DNA of 64,000 nt from Spirochaetia bacterium (GCA_965140585.1 OZ223269.1:512001-576000); one strand, 5' to 3'; positions 9,647 to 19,561 are shown, numbered from the stretch's first letter. Numbers and translations: made by a program. The notes: generated from the sequence alone by a model not told the origin.

Positions 9647-11461
9647 TTAGTCGGCAAGATTTTTAATATGAGTATCAAGTTCTTCAGTATCTATGCCGGA
9701 CTGAAAAATTGAAACAATTGGAGGAGAATCTATATTGTTTTTATCAAAAACTGAATAAACTGCAGTTTTTATCTGATTTCTAAGGATGTCGGGAGTAACG
9801 CGTAAACCTGAAAAGAATCCTATAAAGAATCGATGGCCTCTGACCCTAAGAAAACAATCCTTATCAGTTGTCATTGAAAAAAGAAGTTTTGTAATATCCT
9901 TCTCAATATTAAATGTATCTACAAGTGAGTTGGATGATTCAAAAGATTTTATGATTCCTGAATAATCAATAAGTGTGAATTTAATTTCCTGATGGAGCTC
10001 AATTCCGTTTTTCTCATAGAAATCAATAACATTTGAAGTTATATCAGCAAAATCAATTGCAGGGAGGTTTCCGGCTGATGAAAGTTTTGCGATCCGATTA
10101 ATACGGTTTTTAAACATCATTTCGGATGTTTTTGAAATGAAGTAATAAGCTGCTTCCGGAAAATGACTGTCATGAAGTGCAGGTGAATCAAGAATTATCA
10201 TTATGCCGGAAAGTTTATCCTGATACATAAATACAAGAATATTAAAAGATTCTGTGATATCGAGCTGTCTTTTTGAAAAGAAATCGGTAAAAAGTGATTT
10301 TTCAAGATTTAAGAATATGGAATCACCATTCATTAGAATGTTTTTCTTTTTTAAAAAGTCAGAGCTGATCCTGCATCTTCTAAGGCTTGTCTGATCTATT
10401 CCTGTTGAAGCAAAAGGGTGAAGAATTTCTTTTTCTGAATCAAAGGTAAGCATTATACCTGACTTAATTAAAAAATATTCCCTGGCAGCTTTAAATATCT
10501 CAGCGGGAAGTTCAAGGCTTCCTGATAGATTTCTTACAATAGTTCTAAGTTTGTCATGATCATAGAGCCATTTAATATCAGAATTCAGGATATCTGAAGG
10601 AAGAGTTCCGGGTGAGGAATTGGTTTTTTTTTCCGGCAGTTCATCTATACTTAGAAGATTGTCGCCGTTTTCATTTTTTGTTTTAAAATTTAATGAGGGA
10701 AGTTCCTCAATATCGTCATCAGAATCATCAGCTCCGGGAAGTTCTTCAAGATCTTCAAGATCATCAAGACCGTCCAGATCAGAGACATCTTCATCAGGTT
10801 CTTCTTCAACTTCTGAAGGTGAGGGGAGAAGGTCATCGTTAAAATCAGGAGAATCAATCTCAACAATAGAATCATCATCTTCAAGATCGTCAATTTCTTC
10901 GAGATCAGAAAAATCTTCATCTATTTCTATGACAGGTTCATCGATTGAAATTTCAATATCCTCAGTAATCTCTTCGACATTGTCCTCTTCATCATCGAAG
11001 GCTTCTTCAAGCTCTGTAATCTCAGAATCATCTTCAAAATCATCGGTCTCTTCTATCACTTCAACAGATTCATCTTCAGGAAAATCTTCTTCTAATTCAA
11101 TAACCTCTTCAGGTTCTTCAGTAACCTCTTCGATTTCTTCGATTACCTCTTCGAGTTCTTCAATATCGCTGTCATCGAAAGGAGCTTCCTCAATTTCTGT
11201 AAGTTCTGTATCCTCTGGTTCAGATGTGATTGTTTCTTCTGTATCTAAATTGAATTCATCCTCTTCAACTTCTTCGATTAAATCGTCAACATTTTCATCA
11301 AAATCATCCCCGTTAATAGGAACAAGATCTTCTATATCATCATTAATACCTGCTTCTTCATGATATTCACCGGAGTCCAGTTTGATATCTTCAATTGAAT
11401 CACTGACGTTTAAAAGCAGAGCCCTGCCGAGCAGGCCGGACTTATTAGTTTGAACATCCAT
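9647..11461 (-). CDS. Hypothetical protein: acidic low-complexity N-half, possible GAF-like and degenerate GGDEF-like C-half
   Basis: 604 aa ORF whose start overlaps the upstream stop at 11461. Residues ~20-260 are Asp/Glu-rich and the C-terminal half is globular. Confidence 0.7.
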   Translation of the reverse strand: MDVQTNKSGLLGRALLLNVSDSIEDIKLDSGEYHEEAGINDDIEDLVPINGDDFDENVDDLIEEVEEDEFNLDTEETITSEPEDTELTEIEEAPFDDSDIEELEEVIEEIEEVTEEPEEVIELEEDFPEDESVEVIEETDDFEDDSEITELEEAFDDEEDNVEEITEDIEISIDEPVIEIDEDFSDLEEIDDLEDDDSIVEIDSPDFNDDLLPSPSEVEEEPDEDVSDLDGLDDLEDLEELPGADDSDDDIEELPSLNFKTKNENGDNLLSIDELPEKKTNSSPGTLPSDILNSDIKWLYDHDKLRTIVRNLSGSLELPAEIFKAAREYFLIKSGIMLTFDSEKEILHPFASTGIDQTSLRRCRISSDFLKKKNILMNGDSIFLNLEKSLFTDFFSKRQLDITESFNILVFMYQDKLSGIMIILDSPALHDSHFPEAAYYFISKTSEMMFKNRINRIAKLSSAGNLPAIDFADITSNVIDFYEKNGIELHQEIKFTLIDYSGIIKSFESSNSLVDTFNIEKDITKLLFSMTTDKDCFLRVRGHRFFIGFFSGLRVTPDILRNQIKTAVYSVFDKNNIDSPPIVSIFQSGIDTEELDTHIKNLAD

Positions 11462-14283
11462 TATGATTTAAGTCCCAGTTCCTCAAAAAGTTTTTTATAA
11501 ACCTCGAAATGCTCAGATTTGGCAAATTCAGTAATCTTATCATCAGGAAGAGATTCAAGCAGGTGGTCCATATATGAGAGTACTGATTTTATATCATCTC
11601 TGAGATCTTCAGGTATGGAGGCGATGGTGTCATCATCAACAGCGGATATTTCAGAGATGTCTGATGCATTTTCTTCCGATTCAACTGATTCCGGAGCGGG
11701 ATCTTCCGGGGGGAGTTCTTCTATCGGTGAAACATCACTGTCATCAGTCTCCAGTTCTTCGTCGAATGAAATCTCATCAAAAGGCTCGTCTTCTATAGAA
11801 ACACCTGAGGATTCTTCACTTACAGATTCATCAGGATGTTCAAGCTCGTCAAGGCCTTCGATTTCAATCATCGAATCATCAGGCTCAGAGTCAATTGCAA
11901 ATTTTTCACCATCAAGCTCAATCTCGTCAGTAAGGTTTGTTTCCTCTTCTGGAATTTCGAGGGTAGTTGTACCGACTTCTATATCTGCAAAGCTTTCATC
12001 TTCATCCTCAAAAGAAAGCTCGTCAAGGTTAATATCATCAGTTGGTTCTTCAGACGGTTCCCCGATATCAGAGATTTCACTGTCTTCAAAAGAGAGTTCA
12101 TCGAGGTTGATTTCAGTATCTTCCTCGAGGTTTATAGCCTCGCCGTTGAGTTCTATAGCAGATTCATCAAGCTCTAATTCAGTGTCGTCGAGTTCAAGTT
12201 CGGTATCTTCAAGCTCTAATTCAGTATCTTCAAGCTCTAATTCAGTGTCGTCGAGTTCAAGTTCGGTATCTTCGAGCTCTAATTCAGTATCTTCAAGCTC
12301 TAATTCAGTATCTTCAAGCTCTAATTCAGTATCTTCGAGTTCTAATTCAGTGTCTTCAAGCTCTAATTCAGTGTCTTCAAGCTCTAATTCAGTGTCTTCA
12401 AGCTCTAATTCAGTATCATCGAGTTCAAGTTCGGTATCTTCGAGTTCTAATTCAGTGTCGTCGAGTTCAAGTTCGGTATCTTCAAGCTCTAATTCAGTAT
12501 CTTCAAGCTCTAATTCAGTATCTTCAAGCTCTAATTCAGTGTCTTCAAGCTCTAATTCAGTATCTTCGAGTTCTAATTCAGTATCTTCGAGTTCATCATC
12601 AAGTATGATCTCACCGTCATTAAGTTCAGCAGCAACTTCATCAAGATTCAGCTCTTCATCTTCCTGTGAGGTTTCTATATCCTCCAGAAAGAGATCGTCA
12701 TCGATTTCCAGTTCCTCTTCTTCAAGTTCGATATCGTTATCAAGATTAAGTTCGTCATCATCAATTTGAACACCTATTTCAGACAAATCAAGCTCTTCTT
12801 CAGCAGCGGCGGGTTCTTCAGTTGTTTCAACGTTTTCTAAAATTGTATTATCACTTGTAATAAGACCTTCTTCTTCCAGATTGAGGTCATTAAGATCGAT
12901 TTCTTCAGTTTCAGGTTCTTCAAGAACTATATCATCAAGATCAATGTCATCAGGAACATCTGTAATAATGTCGTCAGAAAAACTGACGGAAGAGGGTTCG
13001 TCACTTTCTTCTTCATTGATGTCAAAATCATCCATTTCAAGATCTTCAACTGAGGAAAGGTCAATTTCCTCATCATGGATAATCTCAAGTTCTTTTTCGT
13101 CAAGCTGAGACTCATCCGGCATTTCATCTGTATATCCGGAATCTGAAACTGACTCTTCAGGGATTTCAGTTACGTCAAATCCCGAAAGTAATTCTTCGGT
13201 GTCATCCTGGTTGAAAGTGTCATCAGCGGATGGGATGTCTTCGTTAAGAAGTGATTCTACATCGGTATCTGTTATTTCCTCTGAAGTAAAGGGTTCTTCA
13301 GGTTCCGCATCAAGATCCAGACCGCTGATTGAGTCAAGGTCAATATCTTCTATATTATCAAGTGAATCATCTGCCACTGTCTCGGTATGTGAATCATATG
13401 ATTCTTCAGGGGCTTCAGTTTCCTGTCCGCTTTCTTCTGTGATATCAGCTGTGTTAAGAATATTATCAAGCTCATCGCCTGTCAGCGCTATTGTTTCATC
13501 TTCATCTTCTTCGAAAAATCCGCCTGTCTCATCCGATTCAGCCGCAGAAGCTCCGGGAGCGGATTTGATAGTTGAAAGTTCTGATTTAAGGTCAGTAAGT
13601 TCCTTTTTAATAGAAAGAAGTTCTTCTTCTATCTTCATGAGAATCGATTTTGAACTTACAGATTCAAGTTCGTCAGCAGATGAGACTGTTTCACTCAATT
13701 CTGACATGCTTCCTGAAAGGTCATCTTCAATATTTGTTAAATCAGCTTCAAGAGCGTCAAGATCGTTAAATTCTGTATCAGTATCAGTTTCTATTTCAGG
13801 TTCTTCCATATCGAGTTCAGGAAGCTCGATATCAGGTCCTTCCAATGTGAAAGTGTCTTCGTCAATAACAGAGGCTTCGTCATCAGCTGTCGGAATGGTA
13901 TCATCTATATCGTCAAATGAGAAATCTTCATCATCGTCAATACCCGCTTCAATTTCGGACATCTCATCCTCTAAAGAGCTTAGAAGATTTTCTTCTTCGT
14001 CAGTCAGCAGGTCGTGTTCTTCTTCGTAATCTGCATCCTCATCTTCATCTTCTAAATTAAAATCGGAATCAAAATCTTCTTCAAAATCATCGCCTGAGAG
14101 ATCTTCAAGTACAAAATCTGAACTGTCGGTTTCATCCTCGGATTCATCGACGTCTACCGGGCCTGTTTTTACCCATACACCGTATTTTTCGAGTTCATCA
14201 TTGTCGTCTTCAAGTCCGGCTTGGATTTCGGTGTTGTCGTCTAAATCGTCAAAAGAAACATCCATATCATCAAAAGCGGCCAT
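11461..14283 (-). CDS. Very acidic 940 aa protein with 20x heptad repeat and helical C-terminal domain
   Basis: Long ORF with SD CAGGAG. Non-repetitive islands: YGVWVKTGP, a coiled coil followed by GGFFEEDEDETIALTGDELDNIL, and C-terminal DIKSVLSYMDHLLESLP..FEELGL. Confidence 0.85.
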   Translation of the reverse strand: MAAFDDMDVSFDDLDDNTEIQAGLEDDNDELEKYGVWVKTGPVDVDESEDETDSSDFVLEDLSGDDFEEDFDSDFNLEDEDEDADYEEEHDLLTDEEENLLSSLEDEMSEIEAGIDDDEDFSFDDIDDTIPTADDEASVIDEDTFTLEGPDIELPELDMEEPEIETDTDTEFNDLDALEADLTNIEDDLSGSMSELSETVSSADELESVSSKSILMKIEEELLSIKKELTDLKSELSTIKSAPGASAAESDETGGFFEEDEDETIALTGDELDNILNTADITEESGQETEAPEESYDSHTETVADDSLDNIEDIDLDSISGLDLDAEPEEPFTSEEITDTDVESLLNEDIPSADDTFNQDDTEELLSGFDVTEIPEESVSDSGYTDEMPDESQLDEKELEIIHDEEIDLSSVEDLEMDDFDINEEESDEPSSVSFSDDIITDVPDDIDLDDIVLEEPETEEIDLNDLNLEEEGLITSDNTILENVETTEEPAAAEEELDLSEIGVQIDDDELNLDNDIELEEEELEIDDDLFLEDIETSQEDEELNLDEVAAELNDGEIILDDELEDTELELEDTELELEDTELELEDTELELEDTELELEDTELELDDTELELEDTELELDDTELELEDTELELEDTELELEDTELELEDTELELEDTELELEDTELELEDTELELDDTELELEDTELELEDTELELDDTELELDESAIELNGEAINLEEDTEINLDELSFEDSEISDIGEPSEEPTDDINLDELSFEDEDESFADIEVGTTTLEIPEEETNLTDEIELDGEKFAIDSEPDDSMIEIEGLDELEHPDESVSEESSGVSIEDEPFDEISFDEELETDDSDVSPIEELPPEDPAPESVESEENASDISEISAVDDDTIASIPEDLRDDIKSVLSYMDHLLESLPDDKITEFAKSEHFEVYKKLFEELGLKS
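12169..12588. repeat. Coding tandem repeat, 20 x 21 bp, encoding (E/D)DTELEL
   Basis: Contiguous units with consensus aagctctaattcagtatcttc on the + strand. Unit differences are synonymous or D/E only. Confidence 0.97.
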
Positions 14284-14315
14284 TCTTTACTCCTGAATAC
14301 AAAACGCTGTAATTA

Positions 14316-14343
14316 TTATCGGCAAGAAAAACGTATTAATAAA
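14316..14343 (-). promoter_or_regulatory. Putative sigma28 (FliA) promoter
   Basis: Perfect GCCGATAA at 14323-14316, 32 nt upstream of the ATG at 14283. The -35 region is imperfect (TTAT/TTTA at 15-16 nt). Confidence 0.65.
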
Positions 14344-14427
14344 TTATAATACACAATATATAAAATAAGAAAGCAGGTTTAAGCGATAAGACTTAAGAAA
14401 GATGTAAAACAATCCGTAATAACTAAT

Positions 14428-14871
14428 ATGAAAACTTCAATCAGGCTGGCAATATCCGTATGGCTCACTATGGCTGTCTTTTTTATACTGACCCTTGTAT
14501 CCGGACCGGATGGAATGAATTCCTACAGAAAACTTGAGGAATATAAGGTGTCGCTTGAAGATAACATTGAGCGTCTTGATTCGATAAATACCGGTTTGAA
14601 GAAAGAATCGCAGAGACTTATGACTGATTCTGATGAAATACAGGTCAAAGCCAGAGAGCTCGGATACTTTGCCCCGGATGAGGGAATGATTCTTGTGAAA
14701 GGTTATTCAAATGACAGCCGAACTCTCTATTCAATGGGGCTGCTCTTAAGCAGCGATTATAGGCAGAAGGATAACAGTCCCGCATTCAGAATATCAGCTT
14801 TAATCACGGGAATGCTGTTCTTTGTAACGTCCTGGATACTGCTTGACAGACCCTTTTCGAAAAAAACTTAA
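14428..14871 (+). CDS. Septum formation initiator, FtsB/DivIC family
   Basis: N-terminal TM, GPDG, coiled coil and ARELGY motif, plus an extra C-terminal TM segment. Confidence 0.8.
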   Translation: MKTSIRLAISVWLTMAVFFILTLVSGPDGMNSYRKLEEYKVSLEDNIERLDSINTGLKKESQRLMTDSDEIQVKARELGYFAPDEGMILVKGYSNDSRTLYSMGLLLSSDYRQKDNSPAFRISALITGMLFFVTSWILLDRPFSKKT

Positions 14872-14924
14872 AAAACTTTTGAATAACAGTGGAAATCTGA
14901 ATTGCCAGTTACTACAATAAGAGT

Positions 14925-14996
14925 AGGCAACACTTTCTCCTGTGAACGTGGAAGTCCTTCTGGCAGGAAGCAAACTTCCGCGTTCGCATTTTTTTT
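14925..14996 (+). ncRNA. Candidate ~70 nt small RNA (alternatively only an elaborate terminator)
   Basis: TGGAAA-17-TACAAT at 14890-14918. A single-stranded CACUUUCUCC 5' segment precedes a 15-bp stem (14941-14955/14974-14988) with two G-U pairs, followed by T8. Confidence 0.4.
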
Positions 14997-15018
14997 GTCC
15001 AAATGAAAATCAAACTTC

Positions 15019-15051
15019 AGAAATTCAAAACCCGGAAGGTTTTGAATTTCT
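15019..15051. terminator. Perfect 14-bp inverted repeat between convergent genes
   Basis: agaaattcaaaacc-cggaa-ggttttgaatttct, downstream of the DUF1015 gene. Confidence 0.55.
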
Positions 15052-15152
15052 TACCTCAGATTTAAATGAAGAAAATTTTTAAAAATCTCTTTAAAATCTT
15101 GAATTATGATATGGAAAATTTCTTCAAATCACATCATAAAACCAACCAGGTT

Positions 15153-16490
15153 TTATGATGTGATCATTCTTGCCTCAACATAGAATCTTTTTTCAAAAGC
15201 TTCACCCATTGAAAAAGTCTTTCTAGGGAAGGCTCCGTCGTTTATTACTGTTCTGAAAAAGCTGTCTTTTGCTATCGACGGCAGGGCAATACCCATATTT
15301 CCGTATTTACTTCCGATTTCTTCAGTAACGTCAAGTCCGTGAACATAGTCGATTTTCACATTCTTGTTTTTCTCAATGTATGCATCAAGGAAATTCTGAA
15401 AGGTTCCTGCTGCTATTGAAGAGTCAGGCTTCAGTGCAGTAATTACACCGGCACCTTTTTCAGTTACAAAGGCGCAGCGCTGAACATCAGTATTTTCAGT
15501 CATCAGACTGAGCGCTTCGTTGAAATCAGACGCTGCTGTAACACTGAAGCTGCCATCAGATGTTGCGGCACTTACAAAATTATCATAATCAAGACCGAAA
15601 AGAATCCTGTGGATGGCTTCAAATTCAATTCCTTCGCAGTAGATATTCTCAATTTCAACAAGGGCCCACCTTGCAGGGTTGCTCATAAGCTGCGGATCTG
15701 AGGCATTATTCTTTTTATAGTCTTCCCAGATTGTTTTAGCTGTTGCCAGAGAGTGGTTTCCGTCACCCATGGCAAAAAGCAGCCTGTCTTCTGTTCCGTA
15801 CATCTTCTTTGCTGTATCTGCGGAACCGAGCTTTTCGAATGCTGCCGCGATCTGTTCCAGTTTTTCCTGGCTGTTTATCCGGTATCCTGTAAGATGTCCG
15901 CTCTTATTATTAAGTTCGAAATCGTACACCTTCTCAAGAGATTCAGTATCAGCAGAAAGAGGTTCAATGAGGCTCTTTTCAGGATCATCGATTAAAACCA
16001 TGATATGCGGAAGTTCAATTGGTGCATTTTCACGAATTCTGACTCTCGGAGGTATGCGTTCAAGTATTGTTCCTTCGGTAGCTCTGATGGCACTGACCGA
16101 ACCGACGCTGAAATCATACATTTCAAGATCAAGCGAAACCATCAATCCCCATCTCGGAGCTGACGCAGGTGTTTCTCTTTTTACCAGAATAAATCCGGGA
16201 ACAGGTTCGCCAAGAACTCCTGAGTCTATGTAGTTATGCATGTGTGAATTGATGCTTTTGATGCGTTCAGCCTCATCGCCGTCTTCAAGGTAGCATTCGG
16301 GAAATATACAGTTCAGAGTTGAAGGTGCGTCAGCAATCAAATCCTTCAGGCCAGTCCAGTAGTCCTTCTGGGAGGTGTACTGGTCACAGGCTACAACTGC
16401 CCATTTAGTCATGTCTGTTCCAGCTGCAGGCAGGAGTATTTCCGGTACTGCAACAGCATTCTTCTTCAGTATATCTGCAATCTTTTCCAT
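15153..16490 (-). CDS. DUF1015 family protein
   Basis: KWAVVACDQYTS, IRATEGT, IELPHIMVLIDD, FAMGDGNHSLATAK and PRKTFSMG motifs. Confidence 0.88.
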   Translation of the reverse strand: MEKIADILKKNAVAVPEILLPAAGTDMTKWAVVACDQYTSQKDYWTGLKDLIADAPSTLNCIFPECYLEDGDEAERIKSINSHMHNYIDSGVLGEPVPGFILVKRETPASAPRWGLMVSLDLEMYDFSVGSVSAIRATEGTILERIPPRVRIRENAPIELPHIMVLIDDPEKSLIEPLSADTESLEKVYDFELNNKSGHLTGYRINSQEKLEQIAAAFEKLGSADTAKKMYGTEDRLLFAMGDGNHSLATAKTIWEDYKKNNASDPQLMSNPARWALVEIENIYCEGIEFEAIHRILFGLDYDNFVSAATSDGSFSVTAASDFNEALSLMTENTDVQRCAFVTEKGAGVITALKPDSSIAAGTFQNFLDAYIEKNKNVKIDYVHGLDVTEEIGSKYGNMGIALPSIAKDSFFRTVINDGAFPRKTFSMGEAFEKRFYVEARMITS

Positions 16491-16568
16491 GTGCTGATTT
16501 TACCTGATTCATTGTTTATTGAACAGATCCTTTACACCTTAAAATTGATCTGGTATTTTGAAAGCTGG

Positions 16569-17477
16569 ATGAATAAAGAAATGAATCAAGTATTAAATCT
16601 GGATTTTCAGCCTCCTGCCGCAGAAAGGCTGCTGCTTCTCCCTTCGGAACTTTCGTATCATGGTATTTCAGAAATTATTATCAGGCTTCTGGATAATTTC
16701 CCATGGACTTTTGAATCCAGACTGCTGTCCTGCGGTACTTTGCCGGAAGAAGTTATGGGGCATCTTGTAAAGCTTTTAGATAAGCAGGGGATATCTTTTT
16801 CACTTATGTTTCCGGGAGCTTCAGATCTTGGAAGACTTTTAAGAATTCCCGGTTACCGCCGGATGTTCCGGAAAGAAGAGAATATTCTAACTATCAATCC
16901 TGAAGCTACAGGTTTTAAGCGGTTTATGGATGATGTTCTTGAAGATATCACAGCTCTCTGTGAGAACATATCATCATTTTATCTCCTTGAATCAGAGGCA
17001 TCAGAGCATCCTGAATACCATGCGGCTGTAGCGGAAATTATAGGTGAATATGATATTGCGCTGAGGATTCTAAAAAATGATTGTGTTATGAGTCCCTTTG
17101 AACAATTTTGCAGCAGAGGTTCACTTGGTTTCTCCGGAAAAGAGGTTCCGGCTGGTTACATTCAGTCTTTCAAAAATTTTGAAGACGGACGTAAAAAAAT
17201 TGCACTGCTTTCCTCAGAGCTTCGATATCTTATCTCGATAGACGCCGCAGGGGTACGCTGTATTACACCGGAGGGGAAGAATATTTCAATGCTGTATAGA
17301 GAAATGGACAGGGCAATTCAGCAGTTGAGTAAAATATCTGAGGAACTAACCGATTCAGGCTCCGGTTTTGCTGATATTCACTGGCTTGAAGCATATTCAC
17401 GTTCAGTTCTTAAAAGCTGCGAAGAAGATTACCTGCAGTCGGGGATACGGCTGTCTCAATGCGGCCTCATTTCATAG
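16569..17477 (+). CDS. Hypothetical protein
   Basis: Long ORF. The ATG at 16569 is preferred over the GTG at 16491, which would leave no room for the divergent promoter. Confidence 0.65.
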   Translation: MNKEMNQVLNLDFQPPAAERLLLLPSELSYHGISEIIIRLLDNFPWTFESRLLSCGTLPEEVMGHLVKLLDKQGISFSLMFPGASDLGRLLRIPGYRRMFRKEENILTINPEATGFKRFMDDVLEDITALCENISSFYLLESEASEHPEYHAAVAEIIGEYDIALRILKNDCVMSPFEQFCSRGSLGFSGKEVPAGYIQSFKNFEDGRKKIALLSSELRYLISIDAAGVRCITPEGKNISMLYREMDRAIQQLSKISEELTDSGSGFADIHWLEAYSRSVLKSCEEDYLQSGIRLSQCGLIS

Positions 17478-17561
17478 TCCAAAACCCCGTTTATTATTGA
17501 AAAAAAACGTAAAAATCATTATTCTGATCAAAACTGTTAAACAGTAAATAAGGAGCTGCAT

Positions 17562-19397
17562 ATGAAAATACCTCTGAGAAGTGACGATACTACACAGGGA
17601 CGAAGAATGGCTGGAGCCAGAAGCCTCTGGCGTGCAAATGGTATGAAGCCGGAACATTTTGGAAAACCTGTTATCGGTATTGCCAACTCTTTTACTCAGA
17701 TGGTTCCCGGCCATGTTCATCTTCATGAGATTGGACAGCATGTTAAGAAACTTGTAGAGGCAAAGGGATGTTTTGCGGCAGAATTCAATACAATAGCGAT
17801 CGATGATGGTATAGCCATGGGGCATACAGGAATGCTGTATTCTCTACCTTCAAGAGAGCTGATTGCTGACAGTGTCGAATATATGTGCAATGCCCACAGG
17901 GTAGATGCTTTGGTTTGTATAAGCAACTGCGACAAGATTACCCCGGGCATGATGATCGGTGCGATGAGACTTAATATTCCGGTTATCTTTGTTTCCGGAG
18001 GGCCTATGGAAGCAGGTCATGTTAAGGGACGAGATACCGATTTAATTGATGTAATGATCAAGGGCGGTGATCCCTCTGTAAGCGATGAAGATTTGATGGA
18101 TATGGAGATTAACAGCTGTCCGACCTGCGGTTCCTGTGCAGGTATGTTTACAGCAAATTCCATGAACTGTCTTAACGAGGCTCTCGGTCTTGCACTTCCA
18201 GGAAACGGTACAATCGTAGCAACACATAAAAAAAGAATTAAACTTTTTGAAAAAGCAGCTGACCTGATCGTCGATCTTGCATATCGATATTACGGTGACG
18301 GCGATGAGAGCGTTCTTCCGCTTAATATGCTTACCAAAGAAGTATTCATGAATGCCATGTCTCTTGATATTGCAATGGGCGGTTCAACAAATACTGTTCT
18401 TCACCTGCTTGCTGTTGCAACAGAAGCCGGAGTTGATTTCAAGATGAAGGATATCGATGCACTCTCAAGACGCATTCCATGTGTTTCAAAAGTAGCACCT
18501 AATTCAAGCTACCATATTCAGGACGTCAACCGCGCCGGCGGAATTCTCGGTATACTCGGCGAGCTCGACAGGGCAGGACTGCTGAACCGTGATGTAAAGC
18601 GGCTTGACTATCCAACCCTCGGTGATGCGCTTGATGCCTGTGATATTATGCGCCCCACATGCACTGCTGAGGCCGAAGAGGTTTATCACTGTGCGCCGGC
18701 AAGAAAGGGCAGGAACCTTGTGCTTGGTTCACAGGATGCAAGATATGCAGAACTTGATAAGGATAGAGCCGGCGGATGCATCAGAAGCGTTGAAAACTGC
18801 TACTACCCGGACGGAGGGCTTGCGGTGCTTTTCGGAAACATAGCTGAAAAAGGCTGTATTGTTAAAACTGCCGGTGTTGATCCTTCAATTTTTCAGTTTG
18901 AGGGGACTGCAAGGGTGTTTGAAAGCCAGGAAGATGCCTGCGACGGAATACTTGACGGAGCAGTAAATGAAGGCGATGTTGTAATCATAAGATATGAAGG
19001 CCCCAAGGGCGGTCCCGGAATGCAGGAAATGCTGTATCCAACCACCTACTTAAAGTCCCGGAAGATAGATAAGAAATGTGCTCTTCTTACTGACGGACGC
19101 TTTTCAGGCGGTACATCAGGATTATCCATAGGGCATGTTTCTCCTGAAGCCGCTGCCGGCGGAGCTATCGGGTTAATTAAAAGCGGTGATAAAGTATCAA
19201 TTGATATTCCTGCAAGAAAAATTCAGCTTGAGGTTTCTGAGAGTGAACTGGCTGAAAGAAGAAAGGCGGAAAATGCCAGGGGCGATAAAGCTTTTACTCC
19301 GGTATCAAGAGACCGTAAAGTATCAGCTGCACTGCGGGCTTACTCATTATTTGCTTCATCTGCAGACATCGGAGCAGTTAGAATAGTTCCGGAATAG
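17562..19397 (+). CDS. ilvD: Dihydroxy-acid dehydratase
   Basis: [37 protein letters not shown] and TDGRFSGG motifs. Confidence 0.97.
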   Translation: MKIPLRSDDTTQGRRMAGARSLWRANGMKPEHFGKPVIGIANSFTQMVPGHVHLHEIGQHVKKLVEAKGCFAAEFNTIAIDDGIAMGHTGMLYSLPSRELIADSVEYMCNAHRVDALVCISNCDKITPGMMIGAMRLNIPVIFVSGGPMEAGHVKGRDTDLIDVMIKGGDPSVSDEDLMDMEINSCPTCGSCAGMFTANSMNCLNEALGLALPGNGTIVATHKKRIKLFEKAADLIVDLAYRYYGDGDESVLPLNMLTKEVFMNAMSLDIAMGGSTNTVLHLLAVATEAGVDFKMKDIDALSRRIPCVSKVAPNSSYHIQDVNRAGGILGILGELDRAGLLNRDVKRLDYPTLGDALDACDIMRPTCTAEAEEVYHCAPARKGRNLVLGSQDARYAELDKDRAGGCIRSVENCYYPDGGLAVLFGNIAEKGCIVKTAGVDPSIFQFEGTARVFESQEDACDGILDGAVNEGDVVIIRYEGPKGGPGMQEMLYPTTYLKSRKIDKKCALLTDGRFSGGTSGLSIGHVSPEAAAGGAIGLIKSGDKVSIDIPARKIQLEVSESELAERRKAENARGDKAFTPVSRDRKVSAALRAYSLFASSADIGAVRIVPE

Positions 19398-19414
19398 CAG
19401 ATAAACAGCGAGTA

Positions 19415-19561
19415 TCAGATCCGGCAGTTCTGTTTTCGGTGCTGCTGGATTGTCCTTGCTGCTTCAAGAAGGTTCTGGAGCTCAACAGCTTCTATCGGAT
19501 CCTTTGTTTTCATAATGGAAGTTTCAAGAAAAAAAATCAGTTCCGTAATAGCATCATTCAT
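19415..19561 (-). CDS. Small 48 aa hypothetical protein (below the ORF-track cutoff)
   Basis: MNDAITELIFFLETSIMKTKDPIEAVELQNLLEAARTIQQHRKQNCRI. SD GAGGAG is 9 nt upstream and a sigma28-like GCCGACAA lies at 19593-19586. Confidence 0.6.
   Translation of the reverse strand: MNDAITELIFFLETSIMKTKDPIEAVELQNLLEAARTIQQHRKQNCRI

Noticed and set aside
12169-12588. 21-bp repeat array as a CRISPR
   Set aside because: Units are contiguous with no spacers, lie in frame within a CDS, and no cas genes are present.
10620-14029. Long Ser-rich + strand ORFs (10620-11363, 11519-12769, 12881-13108, 13199-14029)
   Set aside because: Antisense shadows: GAA/GAT-rich acidic coding on the minus strand gives stop-free TCN runs on the plus strand. 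They have no SD or domain content.
14941-14988. Hairpin containing GGAAGCA as SRP (4.5S) RNA
   Set aside because: It lacks the 5' CAGG side of the symmetric loop and the GNRA tetraloop, and is too short.
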